In this document: in pieces, positions 14,764-27,675 of the stretch
How positions within the stretch are numbered: the first letter of the stretch is position 1
Layout: each line of letters begins with the position of its first letter
Assembly: GCA_051294375.1 (NCBI GenBank)
Contig: CM119269.1
Coordinates: 9,241,274-9,305,273 of the forward strand
DNA length: 64,000 bases
Reading direction: 5' to 3'
Origin: Paraspadella gotoi
Lineage: Eukaryota; Animalia; Chaetognatha
Notes under the pieces: model-generated
Told to the model about the DNA's origin: nothing
Seen by the model: only the letters and a program-made list of their open reading frames with translations
The model's database searches: none
Position numbers and translations under genes: made by a program

Positions 14764-16990
14764 ATGATGAGAATCTTTCACATTGAAGGAGGTACTCTTT
14801 GACAAACGAAAGAAACCCATTCGACTTTACTTTCTTTTTTTAAAAATATCTTCGTATGAACAATTTTTTGGCATTTTTTGCTTGGTATCTTTTTATATAA
14901 TTTGAAAAAAACTGCTAATGGTTTTTTCATACTCGAGAAATCCGCTACTTTTAACTAGATTTTTAAAATTTAAGCCAGAGTTAAGTTTGTGAATGTTTAA
15001 ATTTGATAACAAACTAAAATATTTTACGGAAATCTAAAAAGTTTATACACAGGCTAAATACACGTAAAAGTTGAAGGGACACTGGTGGATTATTTAATTA
15101 TTTGTGAGCTGTGAGCTGCCACGCCCACCTCTCGACTTTCGGCGCGAAATTCAAATCGAATCTTCGGTTCATTTTGATTTTGGTCGGAATTTTCGTCGGA
15201 TTCGTCGTCGACTTTCCTCTTTGCGGAATTGAATGTCGAGTTGACTTACCCGGTTTTGCTTAAACTTACCTTCATTCCATTTATTGCTTACTTATCTGAT
15301 CCTTGTTAATTGTGAATTTTGTGAATCGTAGATTTACTCGCCTCACAAGGACCGACTTTCTTCTGGATCAAAATATGGGGTGACGTCTTCTTGGGTCTCC
15401 TACTACTTTTCATGGTGCCACTCGTAGTGTTTAGCATAATAAACAGTAAAAGTTTTATTTGTCTGTCAGACAAAAGATATCTTCCCAAAACCAAAAAACA
15501 AAAAGTAGTAAGTAGAAAAGGACTGTAAAACCCTTTTATATTTGATGAGGTTTTTCGTTCAGTTTTTTTTTCCTATTTTTTATAAGATCGAAGATGGAAT
15601 CAGAACCAGAAACAGAATCTCTGTCTACGTATATGATAATGTCAAACTAAAAATCGAGCTGAAAAATCGGAAATCTCACCTTCGCTTACATCGTGACAAC
15701 AAAGGGGTTGGGCCGCTTTTGTAGGGGTCCTAAGTTCTATCGGGTAAGTCATCGTCATCTTGAAAGTAAGGAAAATATTTTTTAAAATTTATAGTTACGT
15801 GCCGTGACCAGGAGTCGAACCTGGGTTGTCGCGGCCACAACGCGAAGTACTAACCGCTATACTATCACGGTGAAAAACTCAGGTAAAAACATCAAAAAAT
15901 ATCAAAAATATATAATATACAATATAGTTACAAAATATAGAAAAAATTGGTTTGTCAATCTGTTCCTATCTAAGTCTCTCTTTCTCTTTCTCCCTCTCTT
16001 CTACAAACGTACTTTGAATTCCTTTTTCCTCTCTAAACAATTAAGACAATTTCTTCACAAGTACTCTTTTGATGCTTCAACGAAGAGCGTACGACGGGTC
16101 TTCGAACCACACCTACTTCGGCGGAAGCGGCAGCAGCGGAGGCTGCGGAGGTCGTACCATCTTCAACGACGTCTTCGCCCACCTTCTTCTTAATCTCTTC
16201 TCCCAAAAATTCGTCTCTAGTTGCGTCAAAAGGGTGAGAGTCTGAATGTCTGAAGCTTGGAATACAAAAAAGAAAAAAAATTGCAAGAAATCGTTTACTG
16301 ACGATTCGTCAGTGACGAATCATTAAACTTTTTCTTCATTTGATCAACTTTATACTTAAGTTGTTAACTGGTTTCAGTACTCGGGTGGAATGGCTAAAAA
16401 TTCAACTTTGGAAGGCCCTATCTATCTCGGTCCAGTTATATTATTCTAAAAATTAATATACGTTTCTAGGAAAGTCATTGGATTTACGAAAAAAATTGTA
16501 AAATCAATGAGAAACTGACTGACCACAAATATCTATCACCCCCAGGCCTAATTTTTTTTTTCTCTCATCTTCGACCTCACTATTTCCTCCAAGAAGGAGA
16601 TGGAACATCTCAAGAGTTTCGTGGATGGAATCGTTGGAATTAACCGTCTAAGGCCTTTACCGCTCGACTACCTTGTCTTGTCGGAGTAGTATGCATATTG
16701 CATAATATGCATTGTATATGTCGCATGGCTATATTTAAAAGTTTAATTTTTGGAATGACATAACAATATATAATTCAAGGACGTTTTTACTTATTTTTTT
16801 AAACTTTTCTCGATACGCCAGCGCCTCTCTCTAAGTCCAGGGATCAAATCTTCATGTGCGTCAACTTCGTGAGCCACGCTATCTGCGCATGCGCTGTGCA
16901 CCACGCTGTCGACGCCGAGAATGACAACAACGACGACGTCGAAGTAAACAACAACGACTACGACTTCAAAGAGATTTCTGTTCAGTAGAG
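14764..16990 (+). CDS. Divergent SLC1/EAAT-like (dicarboxylate/amino acid:cation symporter) gene, N-terminal half only, frameshifted; multi-exon, boundaries approximate
   Basis: Exons translate to AKFKSNLRFILILVGIFVGFVV (TM1-like, ~15110-15251), WIKIWGDVFLGLLLLFMVPLVVFSIIN (TM2, from 15332), KIGNLTFAYIVTT..AAFVGVLSSI (TM3, ~15665-15743) and NDVFAHLLLNLFSQKFVSSCVK (like EAAT DAFLDLIRNMFPxNLVxAC, ~16165-16232). No HP1 or NMDG motif was found. Confidence 0.65.
15800..15871 (-). tRNA. tRNA-His(GTG), variant with A1 instead of G1
   Basis: Reverse complement ACCGTGATAGTATAGCGGTTAGTACTTCGCGTTGTGGCCGCGACAACCCAGGTTCGACTCCTGGTCACGGCA; 72 nt cloverleaf, antisense within an SLC1-like intron. Confidence 0.9.
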
Positions 16991-17765
16991 CAATCGTTGG
17001 GCGCAATATGGGAACGAAATTATTGAATAAAAAAAACCACAACAACTCCATTAGCTGTGTAGAAACGGCGTTGTATGAATTACTAATTCACGCCGTATTT
17101 GATGTATATAACTTTCGAATCTTTTGTNNNNNNNNNNNNNNNNNNNNNNNNNNNNNNNNNNNNNNNNNNNNNNNNNNNNNNNNNNNNNNNNNNNNNNNNN
17201 NNNNNNNNNNNNNNNNNNNNNNNNNNNNNNNNNNNNNNNNNNNNNNNNNNNNNNNNNNNNNNNNNNNNNNNNNNNNNNNNNNNNNNNNNNNNNNNNNNNN
17301 NNNNNNNNNNNNNNNNNNNNNNNNTAGACTAAAAAACAAAACGACAAAAAGGATATTCCGTGACGAAACTTATTAGTTTACGTTTTAAAATTTTATTCAT
17401 AATCTTGCGTTTAAATTTACATTATTTATTTAAATGATAATTAATACGCTACTTTACCTTATGGGTATCCCATTAACCAATAAACGAAAGAATCGAATCC
17501 ATTTCATGGAAAAAGATAGGCCGACTGAAATCGCTAGTAAATGTAATTCGCGAAAGAGAAGTCCTATGTAGTATTACTGTATATATATATATCCGTTTTT
17601 ATTCTTTCTCCTTTCTCTCTTTCTCTCTTTCTTCTCTCTTTCTCTCTTTTCTCTCTTTTCTTCTCTCTCTACCCAGGCACACGAATTTTTTGTGCGGGAC
17701 CCAAATTCATGAAGATGTTTTTGGGTTCCCACGCGATGGACGAAGATGAGAGTCTAGGACGAGAA

Positions 17766-17825
<60 letters not shown>

Positions 17826-19430
17826 GAGAGAGAGAGAGAGAGAGAGAGAAGAGAGAGAGGGATATCGAACAAATCCTAGGAACATTGTTTCTCCTGAAAT
17901 TTTACGTCATTTTGTTCTTCATTGCAATTGGCGACATCAATGGCTTTGGAAGTCGTTGCGAATTTTACCTTAGTTTCGGTTTTAACCCAAGGTTATGAAT
18001 TACGTTAAAAATAATAATTAAATGAGCGTTAAACTCCTTAAGATTTAAAAAAAAAAGCAAAAAATTATGTCACAAAACAAAACAAAACTGGAAGATGTTT
18101 AAAATCAAATAATAAAACAATATCGACCGGAAGACTAGAACAACGGACTTTCTGGATGATGAACTAGATTTTTTCCGAAAAACCCGAAAAACTATGGTTG
18201 TTGTTGTTGTCGTAGTCAACGACGTCGAGAGAAGAAGAAAAAGTGAATTGTGATGAAAGAAAAAGAGAAAATGGTAAGTTTAACAAATTGGAAGGTGAAG
18301 AAATATCGGGATCTTGGGATTTTAAAGGGTAAGTCAACTCAAAATAAATTGGCGGTTTTCCTGAGGTTATTTGTATAATTTTTTTATAAAATAAAACTAA
18401 AAAAATTATCTATATATTACGAAATTTTTTTATTAATGAATCAGAATGACGATCTTGTTATGCAATAAACTACCAAAAGGGAGAAATATTAATTGGAATA
18501 GAACAAATAAAATATAGTAAAACGAAAATATTATCAGATTGAACCCCAAAAAATTAAAATAAAAGATATNNNNNNNNNNNNNNNNNNNNNNNNNAAAAAA
18601 AAGTTATCGATGAGATTTTTTAAAAAAATGGAATGTAACATCTTTTATTTAATTTTTGGGGTTCAATCTGATAATATTTTCGTTTTACTATATTTTATTT
18701 GTTCTATTCCAATTAATATTTCTCCCTTTTGGTAGTTTATTGCATAACAAGATCGTCATTCTGATTCATTAATAAAAAAATTCGTAATATATAGATAATT
18801 TTTTTAGTTTATTTTTATAAAAAATTATACAATAACCTCAGAAAAACCGCCAATTTATTTTGAGTTGACTTACCCTTTAAAATCCCAAGATCCCGATATT
18901 TCTTCACCTTCCAATTTGTTAAACTTACCATTTTCTCTTTTTCTTTCATCACAATTCACTTTTTCTTCTTCTCGTCCGACGTCGTTGACTACGACAACAA
19001 CAACAACCATAGTTTTTTCGGGTTTTTTCGGAAAAAAATCTAGTTCATCATCCAGAAAGTCCGTTGTTCAGTCTTCCGGTCGATTTGTTTTATTATTTGA
19101 TTTTAAACATCTTCCAGTTTTGTTTTGTTTTGTGACATAATTTTTGCTTTTTTTTTTTTTTTTAGAGATTGACAAAGTTTTGTTTAACAATTTTATTATT
19201 ATAGTTAACAAATGTCGAAACTTGTTTACAACGTCTTCCATAAGCTTGCAGTGGTTAAAATTGTGCATATAAAATCCGAAACGTAATGAAACTGAAACAA
19301 TGAACATGTCGCACAATTGCAATTGCAACGAAAAAAATACCAATGCTCTGAACTATTTGTCGATCTATGGTACGAAATATTCCATTCATACCTCTCTCTT
19401 CTGACATCTCTCTCTCTCTCTCTCTCTCTC

Positions 19431-19476
<46 letters not shown>

Positions 19477-20089
19477 TCTCTCTCTCTTTCCTCTTCTCTC
19501 ATTCTCGTCCTAGACTCTCATCTTCGTCCATCGCGTGGGAACCAAAAACATCTTCATGAATTTTGGGTCCCGACACAAAAATTCGTGTGCCTGGGTAGAG
19601 AGAGAAAGAAGAGAAAGGAGAAAAGAGAGAAAGAGAGAAAGAGAGAAAGAGAGAAAGAGAGAAAAGAGAGAGATATATATATACAGTAATACTAACATAG
19701 GACTGGATTCGATTCTTTCGTTTATTGGTTTAATGGGATACCCATAAGTAGCGTATTAAATTATTCATTTAAATAAATAAATGTAAATTTAAACGCAAGA
19801 TTATGAATAAAATTTTCAAAAACGTAAACTAATAAGTTTCGTCACGGAATATCCTTCTTTGTCGTTTTGTTTTTTAGTCCTAGTTTTTTTTTCCAATGCA
19901 ACTTTGCCCTCTTTAGTTCTTTATCCGAACGAAACTAAATCGAAAAAAAAAACAAAAGATTCGAAAGTTATATATCATCAAATAAGCGTGATTTAGTGAT
20001 TCATACAACGCCGTTTCTACAACAGCTAATGGAGTTGTGTGGTTTTTTTTATTCAATAATTTCGTTCCCATATTGCGCCCAACGATTGC

Positions 20090-20433
20090 TCTACTGACAG
20101 AAATCTCTTTGAAGTCGTAGTCGTTGTTGTTTACTTCGACGTCGTCGTTGTTGTCATTCTCGGTGTCGACAGCGTGGTGCACAGCGCATGCGCAGATAGC
20201 GTGGCTCACGAAGTTGACGCACACGGATTTGATCCTGGACTTAGAGAGAGGACGGAGGCGTATTCGGAGAAAAGTTTAAAAAATAAGTAAAAACGTCCTG
20301 GGTGGGATGACGCACAGCCTTCGGTTAACAGCCGAACGCGCTAAACCGATTGCGCCACAGAGACCTGTGTAATATTGCTATTTGGGGAGAAAGAAAAGTA
20401 AACACAAAGGATATGATAAGAGAGAGGAGAGAG

Positions 20434-20492
<59 letters not shown>

Positions 20493-22540
20493 AGAGAGAG
20501 ATAAAAAAAAAAATACAGATTATATATGCATGTCATTCCAAAAATTAAACTTTTAAAATAAGCCATGCGACATATACAATGCATATTATGCAATATGCAT
20601 ACTACTCGACAAGACAAGGTAGTCGAGCGTAAAGGCCTAAATTCCAACGATTCCATCCACGAAACTCTTGAGATGTTCCATCTCCTTCTGGAGGAAATAG
20701 TGAGGTCGAAGATGAGAGAAAAAAAAATTAGGCCTGGGGGTGATAGATATTGTGGTCAGTCAGTTTCTCATTGATTTTACAATTTTTTCGTAAATTCAAT
20801 GACTTTCTTAGAAACGTATATTAATTTTAGAATAATATAACTGGACCGAGATAGATAGGGCCTTCCAAAGTTGAATTTTTAGCTCATTCCACCCGAGTAC
20901 TGAAACCAGTTAACAACTTAAGTATAAAGTGATCAAATGAAGAAAAAGTTTAATGATTCGTCACTGACGAATCGTCAGTAAAACGATTTCTTGCAATTTT
21001 TTTTCTTTTTTTATTCCAAGCTTCAGACATTCAGACTCTCACCCCTTTTGACGCACTAAGAGACGAATTTTTGGGAAGAAGAGATTAAGAAGAAGGTGGG
21101 CGAAGACGTCGTTGAAGATGGTAACGACCTCCGCAGCCTCCGTCGCCGACCGCTGCTGCCGCTTCGCCGAAGTAGGTGTGGTTCGAAGACCCCGTCGTAC
21201 GCTCTTCGTTGAAAGCATCAAAAGAGACTTGTGAAGAAATTGGTCTTAATTGTTTAGAGAGGAAAAAGGAAATTCAAGTACGTTTGTAGAAGAGAGGGAG
21301 AAAGAGAAAGAGAGACTTAGATAGGAACAGATTGACAAACCAAATTTTTCTATATTTTGTAACTATATTGTATATTATTATTTTTGATATTTTTTGATGT
21401 TTTACCTGAGTTTTTCAACCGGATAGTATAGCGGTTAGTACTTCGCGTGTGGCCGCGACAACCCAGGTTCGACTCCTGGTCACGGCACGTAACTATAAAA
21501 TTTTAAAAAAAATTTTCCTTACTTTCAAAGATGACGATGACTTAACCCGATAGACTTAGGACCCCTACAAAAGCGGCCCCAACCCCTTTGTTGTCACGAT
21601 GTAAGCGAAGGTGAGATTTCCGATTTTTCAGCTCGATTTTTTAGTTTGACATTATCATATACGTAGACAGAGATTCTGTTTTGGTTCTGATTCCATCTTC
21701 GATCTTAATAAAAAAATAGGAAAAAAAACTGAACGAAAAACCTCATCAAATATAAAAGGGTTTTACAGTCCTTTTCTACTTACTACTTTTGTTTTTTGGT
21801 TTTGGGAAGATATCTTTTGTCTGACAGACAAATAAAACTTTTACTGTTTATTATGCTAAACACTACGAGTGGCACCAATGAAAAGTAGTAGGAGAACCCA
21901 AGAAGGACGTCACCCATATTTTGATCCAGAAGAAAGTCGGTCCTTGTGAGGCGAAGTAAATCTACGATTCAACAAAATTCACAATTAACAAGGATCAAGA
22001 TAAGTAAGGCAATAAAATGGAATGAAGGTAAGTTTAAGCAAAACCGGGTAAGTCAACTCGACATTCAATTCCGCAAAGAGGAAAGTCGACGACGAATCCG
22101 ACGAAAATTCCGACCAAAAATCAAAATGAACCGAAGATTCGATTTGAATTTCGCGCCCGAAAGTCGAGAGGTGGGCGTGGCAGCTCACAGCTCACAAATA
22201 ATTAAATAATCCAACCAGTGTCCCTTCAACTTTACGTGTATTAGCCTGTGTATAAACTTTTTAGATTTCCGTAAAAATATTTTAGTTTGTTATCAATATT
22301 TAAACATTCACAAACTTAACTCTGGCTTAAATTTTAAAAAATCTAGTTAAAAAGTAGCGGATTTCTCGAGTATGAAAAAAAACCATTAGCAGTTTTTTTC
22401 AAATTATATAAAAAGATACCAAGCAAAAAATGCCAAAAAATTGTTCATACGAAGATATTTTAAAAAAAAAAAGTAAAAGTCGAATGGGTTTCTTTCGTTT
22501 GTCAAAGAGTACCTCCTTCAATGTGAAAGATTCTCATCAT
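20090..22540 (-). CDS. Second (inverted) copy of the SLC1-like gene fragment
   Basis: Same exons as 14764-16990 in reverse complement, with different frameshifting indels. Confidence 0.55.
20294..20364 (-). tRNA. tRNA-Asn(GTT), T-arm corrupted (pseudogene or sequencing error)
   Basis: Reverse complement GTCTCTGTGGCGCAATCGGTTTAGCGCGTTCGGCTGTTAACCGAAGGCTGTGCGTCATCCCACCCAGGACG followed by TTTTT; the 5' two-thirds matches the canonical animal tRNA-Asn. Confidence 0.8.
21418..21487 (+). tRNA. tRNA-His(GTG), right-arm copy with two single-base deletions
   Basis: ACCGGATAGTATAGCGGTTAGTACTTCGCGTGTGGCCGCGACAACCCAGGTTCGACTCCTGGTCACGGCA; mirror of 15800-15871. Confidence 0.75.
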
Positions 22541-23298
22541 TTAAGTAAGTTGACAGGATAATGAAATCTCTGTCTACTTTAACTTTTCTATTCTATTCTA
22601 TTTATCTGTGATGAGCATATAAGGTGAAGAAAAAGACTTAGTCACATTTCCCCCCTTTTCTACGTTTGTTTTACTCTCTCTGCCCTGTACTCTCTCTCTC
22701 TCTGTCCCTATCTTTCAATCTTAGACATCTTTGTATCTCATTTTCGTTCAACTATTTTATCTTTCAGTCTATCCTTCTATCTCTCTCTTGCTCCATAAAC
22801 TTTTTTTATTCATATCTAACTGAAATTCCCCCTTTCTCTTATCTTACTCAAAAACTTTTAAAATTCCCCCTTTCAACCGAACTCCTTCTCCTTCTATCTC
22901 ATCCACCAGGTCCTTCCTCTGCCTCCTTCCCCTCTCTACTTCTCCTTCTTCTTCCTCCTCCTCCTCCTCCTCTTTCCTCATCCTTTTTATATTCGAATTA
23001 ATTCAGCCTCCCTTAAATGACGCGTGGAAGGGCGGCGTCTAGGACGGCGGCCTCTGATTGGATGGGACGGCCGTCGTCAGCGTCGAAATCCAGTCTTCTC
23101 ATTGGAGGCTTCATCTCACTTTCTCTCTTTACCCTTTCGTTTTCCTTCACCGGGAATTTTATATTTCTTTGCTTCCACTCTCTGTGATTACTTCTCTTTC
23201 TCCTCTCTTTCATTTCTTCCTTCTTTCTATCTTGCTGGCATCCTACCTTTTCTTCCCTATACTTCTGTTCCTGCTCCCTCTCTTTCACCGGCTTATTG

Positions 23299-23348
<50 letters not shown>

Positions 23349-23688
23349 TCTCTCTCTCTCAATCTGCCGGGACTGTTTTGGATAGACCGAATGAAGTGAA
23401 AATGAAGCCAATGAAGACGGAACAAGCGACGCCTGGCAATGGAGATGGCGCCCGGCGTTGAATGGGCGGGCGTCGTCGGCGTCGGTTGGCGTCGTCGGCA
23501 CCTCCTAGGAAAAGAGGGGGAGATGGCGCCGGGCTCTTGATGGGCGTGGCCGGTGGGCGTGGCGCCGCAAATGCGACGATGTGGCGTCCGAACGTCGATT
23601 ATCTTCGTCTCTTTTTTTCTATTGTTTTCACTTTTGACTCGAACAAAATCGATGAAGATTTCTCTTTATGACTTTTTCATAGGAAGGT

Positions 23689-23730
<42 letters not shown>

Positions 23731-23738
23731 CTCCTCTC

Positions 23739-23793
<55 letters not shown>

Positions 23794-25075
23794 CTCACAT
23801 TTTTCTTCCTAATCTCTCAGATTCACGATAAAGTTTCCCACGATTTTCTGTCTTCATTCCTCCTGATCCTCTCTCCCTGTATTCGTGTCGTCGTCGTCGT
23901 CGTCGTCCTCGTCGTCGTCGCTTCCCTCCTCTTCATTTTCCATCTCCTTTAAACGCATCACAGGTGTTTGATATCCTCTTCTTTCTCGTTACGCCCATCG
24001 TCATTTTCTTGTTTTTCTTTCTTCTTTCCCTTTTTCTATTTTCCTCCCATTTTTTTTTCCCTTTCCTCCTCTTCTTTCTTTTCTTATCCTTTTTCTCTTT
24101 TTCTTCATTCTCTCCTTTTCCTCCCCGTCTACCTTCACCGCCTCTCGGCCATGACTTTCACCACACTCGTCCTCCTTTATTTCTACGTTAGTTTTCTTCG
24201 TTTTTTCTTCCTTGACTATTTTTATATCTAACTAATATTCTAACATGTTTTAATAATTTAAACTCTGTGGAGAAATCACCTCGGGAAAGGAGACGGTGAT
24301 CCCACCTCCAAGACTAACTAATTTACTAACGGCCTTTGCCTTCAGATTTCTCAAGAAATATTTAACATAACAAAAAAAAAACATTAAACATTTCCCGTTA
24401 CATTGTCCTTAACGCTCTCACTCATCTTTTACCACCCATCCTACTTAAACCTACTTTCCATTCTAACCACCTGTCCACCCAGCCTTCCCACCTTTTCCCT
24501 ACACCCTACCCACCCTCTTCCATTCCCCAGCCGTCGAGACACCCAGAACGCTCTAATATGCATCTGGGAAAAGGAGTTATCTAAAGCGGCGCACGGGAAC
24601 GACGACGACGACGACGACGACGACGAAGACGACGAATCCTGGTTTTGTCGCCGAGAAGATCTTTGGATGTCTCCTTCATCGCTCCTTTCCTCTTCCTCTT
24701 CCTCCGCCCCGTCCTTTCTTTTCCTTTTCCTTTTCTTTTCTCTCCTTTTTCTATTCCTTTCCTATCCTATTGCGTTCCTTTCCTTTTCAAGTTTAACTCC
24801 TTCATTTTCTATCATTCTTGATCCTTAACTTTATTAAAAAATTAATATTTTTGAATGAATTAATAATTTATTTCTAAATTAAAATTATTTCGCTTTAAGC
24901 ATCCTTCCAGTCTTTTCCTCTCAAAATTCCCTCCCAACCTCCACACATAAACACCCTCCTTTCACTCCCCCCATCTCCAAACTGCCTTCTCCTCTCCCTT
25001 CCTCTTCCTCCTCTCCTCCTCCGCCCCTCCCTTCCCTCAAATGATTTCTGCATGAACTGAATGAACAGACTGTCG

Positions 25076-25113
<38 letters not shown>

Positions 25114-25283
25114 AGGCGAAAAAGAACCAAAAAGGAAAAAAGAAATCGAATCCAAAGCAGAAATCAATTTCTGATTCATCAGTCAAAACCGCAGTTGAAC
25201 TCGTGACAAAGGGAAAACTCAAAAGTCAGTTGGTTTATATTCATTTTTTTGTCAATTACGTTTCAGGGTCTTGCTATGTTGAT

Positions 25284-25386
25284 ATGAAATTGGTACAACC
25301 AATGTAAAAATTAGTCATTCATATAATAAATAAGCTATCTTGTCCCTGACTTTGGACAGGCTTTGGTGGTTTAAGGCCTCCATCAC
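25284..25386 (-). mobile_element. Short dispersed repeat family, copy 2
   Basis: Reverse complement GTGATGGAGGCCTTAAACCACCAAAGCCTGTCCAAAGTCAGGGACAAGATAGCTTATTTATTATATGAAT...GGTTGTACCAATTTCAT. Confidence 0.7.
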
Positions 25387-25790
25387 ACTTATTATGTTAG
25401 AGGTAAAAGTTAAGGATTAGGGTTTGAGATTAGGGTAATAATTAGAGTTAAGGATTAGGGTCGGGGATTAGGCTAAGGACTAGGATTTTGGTTAGGGATT
25501 GGGTTACATTTACTCATGGCTCTTACTTATTTTATAATTTCATTAATTCCTTCTTTTTCCTCCAATTCTTTAATTCTGCACGAAACTTCGTGCTTCTCAT
25601 CTTATTCCCGCTTGACGACAACAACGACAACAACAACGACAAGGAAATGAGAAACGAATCTAATTATTTTCGACGATTGAACTTCTGACCGAGAATTTCA
25701 ACGTTTGACTGTCATGAAATCAACGACCGTCTTTTGTTTGTTATGTGGTTGATTGTCATGAAAAACAACAATCTGATGATTGGAATGTCA

Positions 25791-25832
<42 letters not shown>

Positions 25833-25864
25833 CTGACTCTCTCTCTCCACTCCCTCCTCCTCAG

Positions 25865-27675
25865 CCGAGATCGAGCCGAGATTTCCGTCGAAGGGAGACA
25901 ATCGCGACGACGCTAATGGCGACGACGAAAACGACGATGGACGTGAGACGCCGCGCGGTCTGGTCCACGTCGCGGACTCGGCCTACGCGCCATCGCCGCC
26001 GCTGAGGTAAGGTGGCTGCGATGGTGAGGACTCAATCGAGCCGTGAATCGAGAAAAGGCTGGTCTCGCAACACTCCATTTCTCTCGTTTCACACCGAGTC
26101 CACATCGCCTAATTTTCCTTTTCCTTTTTTCCCCAGCCCATTTCACAAAGCCTCTCATTCGGTTATCTCCTTATTTTCTTTTCCCTACTCACGCCCGTGA
26201 TTTCTCATCTCACAAGCCTCACAGTATCTACGATTCTCACATATCACCACCACCCCATTTCCTTCACAGCGCCTATGGATCTCGCCGCAGTCACCGCGAG
26301 TCTTCAGCGACGATATTCAGTTCGTCCACCAGAGGAGATTCTGGATTCGGAGGCAGCGTCTTCGGCGGCTCCACGCCCCTTCACGGCCTCGCAGGTCGAT
26401 TAGTGGACGTTTGTGGGGGTTGGTCATTTGCGTTCTCGCTGTGATCATTTTGGTATTANNNNNNNNNNAGGAGGGTTCGTGGCTCTCAGTTATTTGACAT
26501 GTTAGTTATGTAAAAAAGTGACTTATAATTAATAATTTATTCGTTCATTCATTCATTAATTCATTAATTTCATTCGTTCGTTCATTCATACATTTATTCC
26601 GTCCACAGATTACCAAAGTAGAAAAGACTCAAACCGCTTTATCTCAACTGAGTCGGTGGAAGATACGACGAAATCAGGTGAAAATTGTTAATTGATACAT
26701 AATTGTTATAATTGCATTTTTCATTCATTCATTTATATTTTAATCTCTTTATTTAATAAATAATACATATCCTCATTTCTTAATGAACTGATTCCTCGAT
26801 TCAACCTTGTATTCTTACGTACTTTTATTTAAACTTTTATTCATCCTACATCCTACATCCTACATTCATACATTCATTCATTCATTTATTCATTCAATCA
26901 TTAATTCACTCATTAATTAATTCATTTATTCATTCTTTTTTTATTGTTTATTCATTCATTCTTTATTTATTGTACATTCATTCATTCATTTATTAATTCA
27001 TTCATTCATACATCCATATTAATGCGACACAAGAATAAAACTAAGTGTTCTGTAATATAAATAACGTTAGAGTATCCCTGAGGGATAACGAAATTAAAAT
27101 TTTTTTAAAGATTTTATGCATAGTTAATAACATAGAAGTATTTAAAGATGATTGTATTACTATAAATAATCAAACAAATTTTCAATTCAGAAATTTTGAA
27201 AAACTTGAAAAAATAATTAAAAAATATTATAGCAAGATTTCAAAATTGTCATGTCTTATTTGTTAAAATAATATATAATATAGAAGTTTTTTCATTGCCA
27301 ATGAATTATTAATATTTAAATACCTCAATGATATACAGTAGTTAAAAAAGTGACGGAAAATATTGATCAAGTATATGATGGACAAATGATATATCTATCC
27401 CTTGAATCCTTCCATCTATCCATTCTACCCCTCCAGGCAAACGTAACCTCTCCAAGGATCAGCAAAGGAGCCTCGAAGAAGCGGCAGAGTCTCTCCTCAA
27501 GAAGCCCAAGTCGTCCGTCGACGCCTCCTTCGATCTCGACTCCACGACGGCCATCCTCTACTTCGCCCACAACGTCATGGATTTCCTCTACTACAAAGGC
27601 TACGCTTGGCCCAATGCCCCCAAGGCACGGGCCAAGGGCAAAGGGGGCGGAGGAGGAGGAGGGGGAAAGAAGTAG
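25865..27675 (+). CDS. SMKR1: Small lysine-rich protein 1-like with N-terminal extension; exons 25865-26006, 26270-26394, 26609-26677, 27437-27675; start not located
   Basis: Four phase-consistent GT-AG exons ending KKPKSSVDASFDLDSTTAILYFAHNVMDFLYYKGYAWPNAPKARAKGKGGGGGGGKK*, resembling recalled SMKR1 [28 protein letters not shown]. Confidence 0.75.

Larger units (their letters stand above)
12198..18569 (+). repeat. Left arm of ~6.4 kb inverted duplication
   Basis: Reverse complement of 18638-25078, e.g. CAGTTCATGCAGAAATCATTTGAGGGAAG at ~12218 vs ~25030-25059, and GAACCCCAAAAAATTAAAATAAAAGAT at 18541 vs ~18640-18664. Confidence 0.95.
18638..25078 (-). repeat. Right arm of ~6.4 kb inverted duplication
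   Basis: Colinear reverse complement of 12198-18569 with many 1-nt indels and two structural differences. Confidence 0.95.

Noticed and set aside
15137-15156. E2F/CHR-like motif TTTCGGCGCGAAATTCAAA
   Set aside because: Better explained as coding sequence (FGAKFK) of the SLC1-like TM1 exon.
25405-25506. Degenerate TTAGGG-like tract (also ~27735-27770)
   Set aside because: Too degenerate and short to be a telomere or fusion scar; a common low-complexity repeat.
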